From positions 1 through 37,261 of the forward strand of contig QPMI01000506.1 of NCBI GenBank assembly GCA_004431415.1: a DNA stretch of 37,261 nt, in the 5' to 3' direction. Shown here in pieces: positions 12,913 to 23,351 of the stretch; the first letter of the stretch is position 1; the number at the start of each line of letters is the position of its first letter. A model generated the notes under the pieces. The model was not told where the DNA came from. It saw nothing but the letters and a program-made list of their open reading frames with translations, and searched no databases. The DNA is from Cyanophora paradoxa CCMP329 (lineage: Eukaryota > Plantae > Glaucophyta). The translations under genes were made by a program, and so were the position numbers.

Positions 12913-13350
12913 GCGCGGGCACCGCCAGCGCGGCCGTGCCGCAGCGATGCGCCGGCGTATACAGGGGGCGATCGCGAGGCTCGTGGACAGATATCGATGC
13001 CAGTGCCCCGCCCCGGCCCCCGGCCGGCGCCGTCGGCCCCTCATTATTCATTTTCTAGCCCCTGCTACCGGAAGGCTAACCATAATCTGTACGTGGAGCT
13101 TTGTGTTTCAAGCTTGAAGTTTATCCGCCGTTTTGTATTCTTAGGTTAATCAAATTAAAGACTCTGAAATCGAAGCTATGCCAGCTTGTAATAAAGCCAC
13201 ATGTACAAATGAAACATACTATAGATAATCATGAATTGATCATGAATAAGCTTATAATTAGCGCCGCAAGTTACTAGTATACGTAGCGGCTGGCCATTGC
13301 GCGCGCCGCGGCGGCCGCGCGCGCGGCGCGCGCCTGGCCCCATATATATG

Positions 13351-14240
13351 GCGCCGGACGTGAGTCAGGAGAGGATTTGCATTAGCACACAACAACAACT
13401 ACTAGGAGTTTCACATCGCCCAATTTATCTCTCCGACTAGATAACACTGAGGACCGTCGAGTGCTGTGCTCTGTCTAAGTGATGAGAAATTCTATCTACG
13501 TCCTATATCTACAAATGGGGCGAGAGGCCGAAAGATACACCTGCAGAAAAAGCCCAGCGCCCTACGCAGACCGATGAAGGCAAACAGAGCGCGCAAACAC
13601 CCTCCAGACATGGAAGTCCGCCCTAGGGAAGACCCACGTATAGCGGAGGGCAAGAAAGGCACTACGCCTGACAAGCAAAGGTCGACGGAAAGACCTGAGC
13701 TTCCCTGCATGTGGAAAAGACCCGCCATCTAGCGACTCGACTGCGAGGAGATGAGGAGCGGAACGAAATGAGAAAGCGCCGATGAGCTCCAGCGCCAAGC
13801 AAGGGAGCGGGGGCCGGGCGCCGTCCGCGTGTTGACGGAACACGTCGCCGCGCCAGTGTGCCACGCCAAGGCTGCCGCGCGTTCACTAACGCTGCGGCGC
13901 GTGGCGGCGTGGGCTTTGCGCGAAAGCCGGCCGACTTTGCGGCCAGCCGACGTCGCCGCGGCCGCTCCCGCGGCGCTCCTCGCCGCGCCGGAGACAACAT
14001 AGAAGCAATCCCCTAACGCGCGCGCTCCTGAATCTCCTACGGAATGGCCGGCAACGAGGCCCGCCGCCGAGAACGCCAACTCGACACCCATTTCGCGCCG
14101 CCGCTCGGCGCGCCAGCCGCCTACCTCACGCTGGTCACGCTGAGCGACAGCGGCGGCGCCATGGACGGGCCGCAGCCAGCCGCGCGCCGACGCGGTGGGA
14201 AATTTTCTCGTACCCGTCTCTACGCGCCGGACGTGAGTCA
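13351..14240. repeat. 856-bp segment bracketed by a perfect 17-bp direct repeat GCGCCGGACGTGAGTCA
   Basis: Identical 17-mers at 13351-13367 and 14224-14240. No convincing coding region between them. Confidence 0.6.
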
Positions 14241-14949
14241 CGTGACATGCATGCGCCGCATGAATTCGAATCGATATCGCGGCATGATGCGCGGGCTTAC
14301 AATTAATGTATTCGAAGCCTTCAAGCCTATATAGCTAGTTCAAGGCTTTGAAGGTTAAGCTTTGGCCAGCCCCCTGGCCTCTTAGGAGGTCCGAATTCCG
14401 AATCGAAAAATGAAAACTCGAAATTCTTTTTTTTGAAAGGCGAGTTTGTTTTTCACGCAACTGGTACTTGCACTGGTACTACTAATTGAGCACTTTGCCG
14501 GCTCCTAGCCAGAGTCCTAGGCTCCTTCGTTAACAAGATTCCCCTACTAGGCTAATACCGGTAGGCTACTAGTACTAGTATACGTTCGGATTCATCGGAC
14601 TCCGGGAATCGATTGATCGGATGCGCGCCGCGCGCGGCGCGATCCGATGATCATGATCGCGCCGCGGCGCGCGAGACTCTGAGTCTCTGACTCTGAGAGA
14701 GACTCTGACTCGGAGAGCTCGCCGAGTCGGCGCCAGGCTCGCCGCCAGCTGCAGCTATAGCTACCGGTACTACTCATGATCAGGCTGGTCCGGTACTAGT
14801 ACTAGTATCTGCAGCCTGCAGGCTGCAGCATACGGTTGCTGCATACCGTAGTGTGCACTGTGCAGTATACGTAGGTTTAGCTTTAGATCTAGATCTACAG
14901 CAGCAGCAGACTCTGAGAGAAGCGCTAGCATCGATATCGATATCGGGCG

Positions 14950-15124
14950 ATGATGCGCGTTCGGCCCTCGCGGACGGCCGGAGCCGCGGTCGACGTTTCT
15001 ATAGCTACACCTGGAGCCCTCGGCGCCCTAGGCCTGCTGCTGGCGGCGCTCGTCGCGTCGTCGGCGGTTTTCGCGGATGGCACTTTCGACAGCGGCCGCG
15101 GCCTCGTCAGCGGCCCGCTGGGAG
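14950..15124 (+). CDS. Probable first exon (signal-peptide-like) of the host surface/secreted-protein gene interrupted by the element
   Basis: MMRVRPS...GALGALGLLLAALVASSAVFADGTFDSGRGLVSGPLG, followed by donor GTGCGT at 15125 (phase 1). Joins in frame to the exon after the acceptor at 34634. Confidence 0.55.
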
Positions 15125-15427
15125 GTGCGTCTTCTAGATCTGCCGATTCATATATATGTGCTCCTGTACATAACTATATATATAGGGTTGCCGTGTCCGT
15201 TTCCCTCTCATGCTTAACCGCTTGCGACCTCTGCTGCATATACATGTGCATCATTTCGAAGCCGTTCGCGCATGTATATATATATATATATATGCATATG
15301 CATGCGATCGCGATCGCGAGCGCCAGCGCTAGCTGCAGCTATAGCTAGCGCTAGCGCTGCATGCATATGCGCACCTGCATATATATGCATATGCATATTT
15401 TTTCGCGCGATCGATCATTAGCTCGGC

Positions 15428-15503
15428 TATCAGGGACTAACGTGTGCAACCCCCCCCCCCGGTATACGTCAATTCAAACTCGGCGGCAAATTTTTGAACA
15501 TGG
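15428..15503 (+). repeat. Left terminal inverted repeat (degenerate)
   Basis: TATCAGGGactaacGTGTGCAaCCCCCCC..TCAATTC..CGGcGGcaaaTtTTTGaAcATGG aligns with the reverse complement of 34468-34536 (TGTCAGGGccttgGTGTGCACCCCCCC..TCAATTC.CGGaGGgATTGTTGtAtATGG). Confidence 0.8.
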
Positions 15504-18500
15504 CGGCACCGGCGGCACCCGCGGCGGGCTCCGTGCCCGCGGGAGAAATCGAACGTGTCGTGATCCACAGGAAGGGCAGCCCGGATGCGCCGCCTGTGCA
15601 TTTCAAGCCGGACATGCTCAACGCCCGCCCCGTTGACGTTGTCCTGCGGCTGCTCAAGACGACTGTGTTTCAGAATCTGGACGCCGAGAACATGGAATTC
15701 GTGCTCGAGAAGCGCCACGACGGCACGTCGGAGGAGCTCGAAGACATCAGCCTCCTGTGCTCCACCTCGGGCTGGAAGACGGGCAAGCAGGGCGTCTACT
15801 ACACGGCAATGGGTGCGCGTGCTCACGCTAACCGCCGCCCGCGCTAACCGCTCGGCGCGCAGACGACCAGCCCGAGGTCGCCGCGCCGGCCGAGCCCGCC
15901 CAACGGGCGGCCACCTTCGGGGTCCGGTTTAGCGGCCGCTCCAGTCAGGGCCTTGCGGACGCGGTCGCGAGCTCGGGGCGCGGTGCGCTCGCAATCGCCG
16001 CCATGTCGATTCAAATTTTGGCGCCCAACTGACATTCAAATTTTGGCGCCACGCGCACAGGCTCGGGCGGGCCCACGATCGTGCGCCCGCATCCTCGCGT
16101 CGCCATGCGATCCTCCTCACGCTATACGCGCAGCCGGAGGGGTTCGACCCCCTCGGCAAGGTGGCCCCTCGCGCCCAGGTGACGACGAATGCGAAGGCCA
16201 AGGCCGCCGCGGCCGCGGTCACTCAGAAAGAGAAGGTCATGGCTGCGGCGGGTGCCGCGGTGAAGAGCGGAAAGGGAATCGAGGCAGTCAAGCCTACGCC
16301 CTTCTCATTCGCGACCTACGCCCCGGCCGCGGACGCGGCCTGGAAGCCTCTCCACGACATGCTCGCGATCCTCGGGAAGAGTTCCGCACCGAGTGCGTCG
16401 CGATCCTCGGCTCGTTGCTTCCGTGATTGCGCGGGTCTTCCTTTCGAACCTGATCGCGCGTCTTCGTCGCAGTACACATCCTGAGCGAGGAGATTTTCGT
16501 GAACTACTTCGACCCGAAGGGCTTCGAGATGGCGCGGAACATCACGAACCGCAGCGCGAACCAGCCGGAGTGGGGGAACACGCTGACTGTTGCCACGGCT
16601 GTCATCACCGAGATCGTGGATCCGAGCAACCCCGCGAAGAAGATGCATGTCGTCCCCCTGGACAACATCGAGAAGATGTGGGTCATGCAGGTTAGCCGCC
16701 TAGCAGCATGCATTGCGTCCTCTTCTTCCCCATCCCACCTCTTCCTTTTTTCCTTCTTTCTCTGTGCTCACTGCATGCTTTTTGAACACCCGCAGGACCC
16801 TGTCAGCATGCAGGACTGGAACCTCTTCGTGAACAAGCACTTGGCCAAACCGACTGGCCAGCACATCATCTTCATGGGCGAACCCACCGCCAAGATTGTC
16901 AGGGACGTGCGTGCATGCCCTTTGATTCCTCTTCTCTGGCCTCTAGAGCACACTGACCGCTTGCTTTCGAGCAGTTCGTAAACAAGAAGGCTGAATTGGC
17001 CGCCCGCCGGAGCCGTGGTGTGGCCGACTTCCAGGAGCCCCGGTACAACGTCGTCTTCAAGCTCGGGACGTCCGGGAAGGATCCAACGACCATCACAATC
17101 GAGATCGAAGGCATGCTTGATCCGCACCCCTACACGCAGCTCGCTGGTCTGTGCTCCTTTCTCCTTTCTTGGCTTGTGCTCCTTTCTGTAAAGGTCCCTC
17201 TTCAGTCTAACCTTAGCACCTGCTCTTCTATCTGCAGATGCATTCTCAGCGTTCATGACGAAGAAGCTGAACGCTGAGGAGCCCCTGGAAGTGTACAAGA
17301 TGTTCGTCCCCAACAAGCCGCCGAAGGGCGCGGGCCGGCGGCCCAACAACTTCCAGGACGCCGTGAATGAAATCACCCCTGACAACTTCCCAGTGTCCAG
17401 TGCGTTGTGCTCTCCTGGCACCCGATGCACCGCGCCCTTCTCTGATGCATGTGCCCCGTGCAGAGCTCACCGAGGTGATGGCCTACGAGGCGAACTGCAA
17501 CTACATCGGTGTGGTGCTCACATCGATGTACTTCGAGCGGGGGTCGCAGCATGCCATCCTGCGGACGATGACTACGCCCGAAAAGGTTCTCAGACTGCCC
17601 TTCCTGCTTAGTTCCCCTCTGTCCACCGAATCTCACTCTGGTGCTGAGCAGAAATACTCCCTCAACCGCAAGGACCCGGAGCGGCTGGTCAATCCCACGT
17701 CGGGCGGCGCCCTCCTGCAGTCGTATGTCAACGGCATTGCAATGTGCCACGCCGCCATGTTCCACAAGATGTGCCCCACCGACGTCCTCAAGCTGCGGGA
17801 CGGCATGACTCGCCCGCTCTCGGTCTGTGACAGCTCAGGCTCCAACCCAACCCTTGCAGGGACTGCCTGACTCTTGCAGCAGCTCCGCATCGAGGATGCC
17901 CATCGGGAGCTCGTGAACCTGGAGCTGCGGCCGTACGTCGTCCCGGAGGACAAGCTCGAGGACGCGATGAAGGATGCCCGCAACGGTACGCCCGTTTCTG
18001 CCCCTCGCCGTCCCCTGTCTCATGCTTCTGGAGCAGGGAAGTCTGCTTTCCTCGTCCATCCTTGCAGTGTTTGCGGCTACAAGCGCATCGGCAACCCGGA
18101 GCACGACGAAATTGTGGAGAAGTTCAGCAGGACCAGCAAGCACGTCTTCGTCTGCGACTGGCTCGGCTACAAGTGCTACCAGGGGCCCTGCTTCGGCGTG
18201 TGCCGGCAGGGGTCCAAGGACTTCTGCCACTGCGAGGAGGAGGACGGGCCCGTGGAGGACGTGGAACACGTGGAGAAAACGCCGGCGCCTCCGAAGCGGG
18301 GCCGGCGGTCCAAGACGGAGAAGGAGGCAGCAGCCCAGGCCCTCCCTGCGGCCCCGCCCCTCCCTGACCCCAAGCTCGGCTCCTCCTCTTCCGATCCCCT
18401 CCCTCTCGACACCCCGGCCGCCTCGAGCTCCCGTCCGGCGGCGGAGGGTTCGCGCAAGCGTGCCCGCACGATGAACTACGCCGTCCTCGCCAGCGGCGGG

Positions 18501-18554
18501 CTCGACCTGGAGGCCGCAAAGGAGAAGGCGCAGCAGGAGAAGGGGCAGCAGTAG
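15500..18554 (+). CDS. Cargo gene A: large orphan multi-exon protein with a Cys/His-rich C-terminal region
   Basis: About 10 GT-AG introns. The junctions checked splice in frame (YYTAM|DDQPE...SSGR|GSGGPTI|PEGFDPLGK...). Contains 'VCDWLGYKCYQGPCFGVCRQGSKDFCHC' and NLS-like 'PKRGRR', 'RKRAR'. Confidence 0.8.
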
Positions 18555-18965
18555 TTGCTCTGAAGTAGCTGCTAGCTCTGCACAGCAGTAGCTGCAGATA
18601 GCCTGTGCTCTTGGTAGGATTTTATTTTCCTTCATGTCCATTCCGAGCTCTCCCGCTGGGCTCGCAACTCTATATATGTATCCATGTGTTTGCTATCTAT
18701 AGTAATGTGCTGTCTATCGCTGTGTATGTATCTATGTCGGCTGTTTATCGCTGTGTATGTATTTGTGTGCAATCTGGATTGATTTCGTATGTGTGCCTGC
18801 GCTCTCCTCTCTGCGTGCCTGGCCATGCATGCATCCCTTCAAGGTTCCCTTCCCAAGTTGACAACAACATCTCGTGTTCAGAGCACGACTCAGCGACACG
18901 TTCACAGAGCTTCACGCGGAACAGGAAGCGCCGCGGGAGGGGAGCGACCCCCGCACGGCTAGCGC

Positions 18966-19571
18966 CTAGCGCCAGCAGTTGCGGCAGCGAGCGCCCTCCT
19001 TGTTGTACTTGGGGTCCGAGGCCCGGAGCGCCTCCTCCGAGCTGAACTCGGGCCAGAGGATCTTCCCCTTCATCTGCGCGCACCGCCTTTAGCTACTGAG
19101 TGCCTCAAAGCCGGGGCACGCGAGCTGTACGCACGCGGAGGGCCGGGCACGTCGGGTTCTGGCCCGAGACCTTGGAGACCTTGTGGATCTTGCCCGTCGA
19201 CGGACTCCCGGTGTACTTCTCGTTCGGTGGAGGAGGAGATGCGTTGCGCCGAGCTTGCGCGCGGCGGGCTGCGGGGGGCGCAGGGCGCTGACCTAGCTCG
19301 GCGCGGATGGCGGTTCAAAACGAGGACGCGCCACGGGCGACGGCGGCCGCGTACCTTCCTCGACTTCCGTCTTTATCGTGCGCACCTCCACCGTGAGCGC
19401 CTCCAGCTGCCGCTGGAGGTCGGCGATGAGCTCGCGTTCGGAGGGAGCGGCGCCCGCAGCGGACGCCGGCTCGGGGGCTGCTGCAGGCCGCCGGAAAGTG
19501 AACTCCTTGCCGCGAAGCGGCCCGGACTCAAAGACGCCGGCCGCGGCAGGTGCCGGGTTGCGCGAGTCCAT
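18966..19571 (-). CDS. Cargo gene C: short coiled coil plus Ada metal-binding-like Zn domain
   Basis: Three exons in frame: MDSRN...LIADLQRQLEALTVEVRTIKTEVEE|GQR...YTGSPSTGKIHKVSKVSGQNPTCPALR|MKGKILWPEFSSEEALRASDPKYNKEGARCRNCWR*. Confidence 0.65.
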
Positions 19572-19575
19572 GGGT

Positions 19576-19591
19576 TTGACGGCGTCGTCAA
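19576..19591. promoter_or_regulatory. Palindromic TTGACG-N4-CGTCAA motif in the 43-bp gap between divergent genes C and B
   Basis: Same motif at 34094-34109, with one-mismatch copies at 22039-22054 and 31319-31334. Confidence 0.55.
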
Positions 19592-19614
19592 GCCAGGGGG
19601 TACGCGTCGTTACC

Positions 19615-21593
19615 ATGCTCCCGGCTGCGGCCGCCGGTGCTCCTGCGCCGCCCGTGGCGGCTGTCGCGGCCGCGCAGTTTGAGCAGCCGGGTGAGCAGCT
19701 CCCCGACCTCATCGTAACAGCCGTGAAGGATATATCGAAGCACGGCGAGAACACCGTGTCACTGGCACCGGCGAAACTAGATGCTTTCATCGCCGAAGTG
19801 GCGGCGATCTTCGACGTTCCCGAATTCGCACGGCCCTTGCTCAAACTCTACGTGGTGCTCTGCGGCGCTGGCCACTGGGTGCCCAACCAGCAGGTCGGCA
19901 GTTCGCCGCCCGTCGATGCTCGCCTGCTTCTGAATGCGCGCAGATATTCGACAAGCACATCCGGCAGGGAAATCTATACTACTTCATCAGCACCAACCCC
20001 TGCGATGTGCCGAAGCTGCTCGCGGAGCAGGCGAAGTCGGCGGAGCAGCTGCACCACAGGCAGCGCGGGCGGGGCATCGGCGCCACGTCCAAGCCAAAGC
20101 GAACCCCGCAGCAGGTTCGGCCCGCGCAGACAGGCGCGCGCGGCATGTTCACTGCTGAACAAAATCGAGCAGCACACAGACCAACTCAACTTGCAGTGGA
20201 TCCAGAAGACCGTGGGCCAGCGGAAACTCTTCCTGGCAACCAAAAAACCAAGCTCTTGCTGGGGAGCGCGACGAAGTTCGTCGCCGAGAAAGCCACGAAA
20301 TGTGCCCAGCAGAGGACGAAGGCTTCCTTGTCCCTCGCCGCAGATCTGTGAGCATTCTGATGGTGAACCCCGTCTGCGCTCCGCTGACTCGTATCTGCAG
20401 GCTTTCGTGTGCCGAGATGTGCAAGCGGGAAGCCGGGGACGTTGTGTTTCCTGACGATAAGATGAACGATATGGAGAGTCTCATGAGCAAGCACGTGGTT
20501 GAGAAACAGCCGATTTCTCTGGCCGAAGCTAAACCGTTCATCGTATTCCTGGTGAATCAACAGTTCAAATCCGAGACTAAATTGCGTGCTCTCTTTATGG
20601 AGAATCTCAAAACCTCCCACAACATCGACAGCGTGGTTTGTGTCCTTCCCTTCACTCTCCTGCCCGCATCCTGATCACGGCTCACAGAAGGCAATTGCCG
20701 GGCTGGAGAGCAGGAGAATGCATCGGACGAGCCAGGGCACGTTTGTGCTTGCGCGTACTAAATTCCGTCGGGTCCGGCTGCAGCTCACGGGTCAGCAGAT
20801 GAGGAGGAGGAGGAGGAAGAGGAGGCTCGTCGCCGCACTCCAGAGGAGCGGGCCCTCCTTCTCAATGCCATGGCGGACAAAGCGTTGGCTGGAGCAGGGC
20901 GGGGCCCTTCCCCGCCTCCTGCCCTGCCTCCTGCCCCGCCTGCTGCTATACCTCCACCCCCCCCTGTGGATCTTCAGAAGGAGGAGGAGGGGGGGGGGGA
21001 AGAGGAGGACGAGGACGAGGACGAGGATGTGGCTCCTGACGGCGTCGAGGCCGATGATGGCACGTGTGAACCCGAAAGACTCCCGTCTGTATCCTAACTT
21101 TCTTCAGAATCGAAGCGATCGAAGGCGGGGGGCAGCAGCAAGGGCCCCAAGGAGAAGAGCACAGGAAGGAAGAAAAGACGAATCACGTGCGTGTAGCCCT
21201 TCCCTTCAATTGTGTGTTCTTTTACACGTGAATGATCGAAATCGCAGCGAGACCGATGAGATCCCGCTGCCTGAAATTCGGGTTGTAGACCAGGCCGGAA
21301 GGAAGAACGTTGTGGACGTTCATTTCCAGATTCCAGCAGGCGTGTGCAAGTTGGAGGAGAAGCAGAGGCATGCAGTCATTTGGAAGCGGGTTCTGGAGAA
21401 CGGGCGCAACACGATTCCACTCAAGCTCGACATGTCGACCAGGATGTGGAAAGAGAAAAAAGCCTTCAACAAGGAAGGAATACAGGTGTGGTCAGCAATA
21501 GTCGAAAGCAACGGCAATGGTGGCCTCGCCATAGTCAAAAAAAGCAAGAACAGCCGGGTCTTAGACACTAACAATCCAGATGCTAAACCCTAG
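19615..21593 (+). CDS. Cargo gene B: orphan multi-exon protein with acidic/Pro-rich linker
   Basis: Coding exons 'QLPDLIVTAVKDISKHGENTVSL...GHWVPNQQ|IFDKHIRQGNLYYF', 'AKPFIVFLVNQQFKSETKLRALF', poly-E/P tracts, and final exon '...VVDVHFQIP...GIQVWSAIV...NPDAKP*'. Confidence 0.7.
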
Positions 21594-21679
21594 CATGTTT
21601 CTTCAGTGCAATGCTTTCTTGTCCTTTCGTAACCACGCGTCCGGGGGTTGAGGGTGTGCAATCATCTCTGTACTCTGTA

Positions 21680-22345
21680 CTCGTGAACATCCAGAGAAAG
21701 AACTACCTTGACCAGAGACTGCAGCTAGCCGAGATGCGAGCAGCTCCAGAGAAAGAACTACCTTGACCAGAGACTGCCTAGCTATAGCCATATGCCTAGC
21801 TGCAGCTCGCGTGAGTGTCCATATGCCTAGCTGCAACTGCGGGACGAGCGCAAGGACTCGATGGGCGCACGGGGCTCAAGAAGAGGGGGAAGCGCGGCCG
21901 ATGCAGACGCGCTTGCGTGCCACGGTGCGCGCTTTCGCCACGCAGCCGTGGGCCCTTCCGCGACTCCGGTGATCGTAATGCTCCCGTCAGGCTTGCCGGA
22001 GGGCGTGCCAAAGCCGCAGCGGGACGCCACCTGCGGTATTGACGCCATCGTAAATGGCCCGTGCGGCGCCGCGGGCGGTGCACGGGCGCTGCGCCGGCGA
22101 TGGGATCGCAGTCTGTGTGCGTACCGTAGGCGGATGCGAGCCTCGGGCGTGCCTATTCGCAGCCCGCCGCGAGGAACAGGTGGTGTTGCCAACTGGCACG
22201 CCCGAGCGAGGCGGCGCGGGATGGGGCTGGGCGGCGCCCAGGTCACTGGCGGCTCGCTCGCGCCGAGCTCGCTGCAGGAGCGCTCGGCGGGCTCCGGGAT
22301 GGCTGAGTCCGGTGTACCGGGAGGTGTTGGGTACGCAGCGAAATG
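21680..22345 (+). repeat. Internal long repeat, copy 1 (leader ending at the ATG of the truncated transposase)
   Basis: Colinear with the reverse complement of 31036-31647. Includes small internal duplications (CCAGAGAAAGAACTACCTTGACCAGAGACTGC twice, 21691-21777). Confidence 0.9.
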
Positions 22346-23117
22346 GCCGCGGGTGGCGCGAGCCCGGCCCAGCCAAGCAGCATCGAGGAGGAGACTCTGC
22401 GCGGCTACGTGGACCAGAGGAAGACGGCCGCTGAGATACTGACTCTGCTAGCCGAGCAGCACGGCATCAACCTCAACAGGCGCGCTCTGCGCTCCAGGCT
22501 CCGCGAGCTTGGCCTCTCAACGAACTACGCTCTCTCTTTCAATGTCCTTTGTGTCGCCGTGCTGGAGGTTGTTAACTTAAATGGCCCCCTTTTCGGCGGC
22601 GGCATGATCCGCACGGCCCTCCGCGCCCAAGGCATCACAGCGTCGAAGTCGAGGATTCGGAAGGCCCTCGCGGTGTTCGATCCGGTGTGGCGCGAGGTCC
22701 GCGGGATCCGCGCGATCCTCCGCGAGCGAGGAATCAAAGCGTCGGAGTCATGGATTCAGCGCGTCGCCAGCGCCGCGGCCATGAAGATAGAGTGCGATCT
22801 GCCATGCTGCACTAGTATATCCCCAGTCTATCCCAATCTGGCTCACGCGTGCCTTGCCGCGGTGTGCAGGTCACACATGCCCGTGCCCTACAACCCAGCT
22901 GTGCAGGGCCGGAAGGAGCTCCGCGATCGCTTCGTCAACTACGCCCGCGCGCGCCCCCGATACAACGGGTCCGCGCCGCTGCAATGCGTTCCGCTGTTCC
23001 GCTGAGGCGCTGCTTGCTCACAGGTACTTCGCATTTGCCTACGGCTGGACCCTCGGTCCCGACCAGCCCGAGAAAATCTACAGACCTATAGATATGTACA
23101 GGTCAATGATGGAGTAG
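22343..23117 (+). pseudogene. Truncated paralog of the IS3EU-like transposase (HTH regions plus first catalytic-Asp strand only)
   Basis: 'IEEETLRGYVDQRKTAAEILTLLAEQHGINLNRRALRSRLRELGLSTNYALS...MIRTALRAQGITASKSRIRKALAVFDP' aligns with the gene at 33961, and 'GWTLGPDQPEK' matches 'GWSVGFDQNEK'. No second D or E motif found downstream. Confidence 0.75.
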
Positions 23118-23351
23118 GTGACTCGTGTGCATGTGCCCTTCGCATCCTTCACTTTGCACGTTCCTTGCTTGTGCCCTTTCATTTGTGTACAATTATTCTT
23201 TAAGCAGCTACTTTTGCTCCTTTGACACGCTGCACAAGCCACAGGGGCCGCCGGGCAAGAAAGGCAATCAATATGGACTTAAAAGCATCTGAACAGAAAA
23301 ACAATGAAGCCTGAGGGGATCTCTCGGAGTTGAAGCCCTACAAAGATCTCA

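Noticed and set aside
47-13117. Dozens of long Arg/Pro/Gly/Ala-rich ORFs in the six-frame track
   Set aside because: Expected from very high GC. The real genes are intron-split and use other frames.
21827-22048. Small ORF (MASIPQVASRCGFG...) inside the duplicated leader
   Set aside because: Differences between the two copies are mostly non-synonymous or frame-breaking, so there is no sign of coding constraint.
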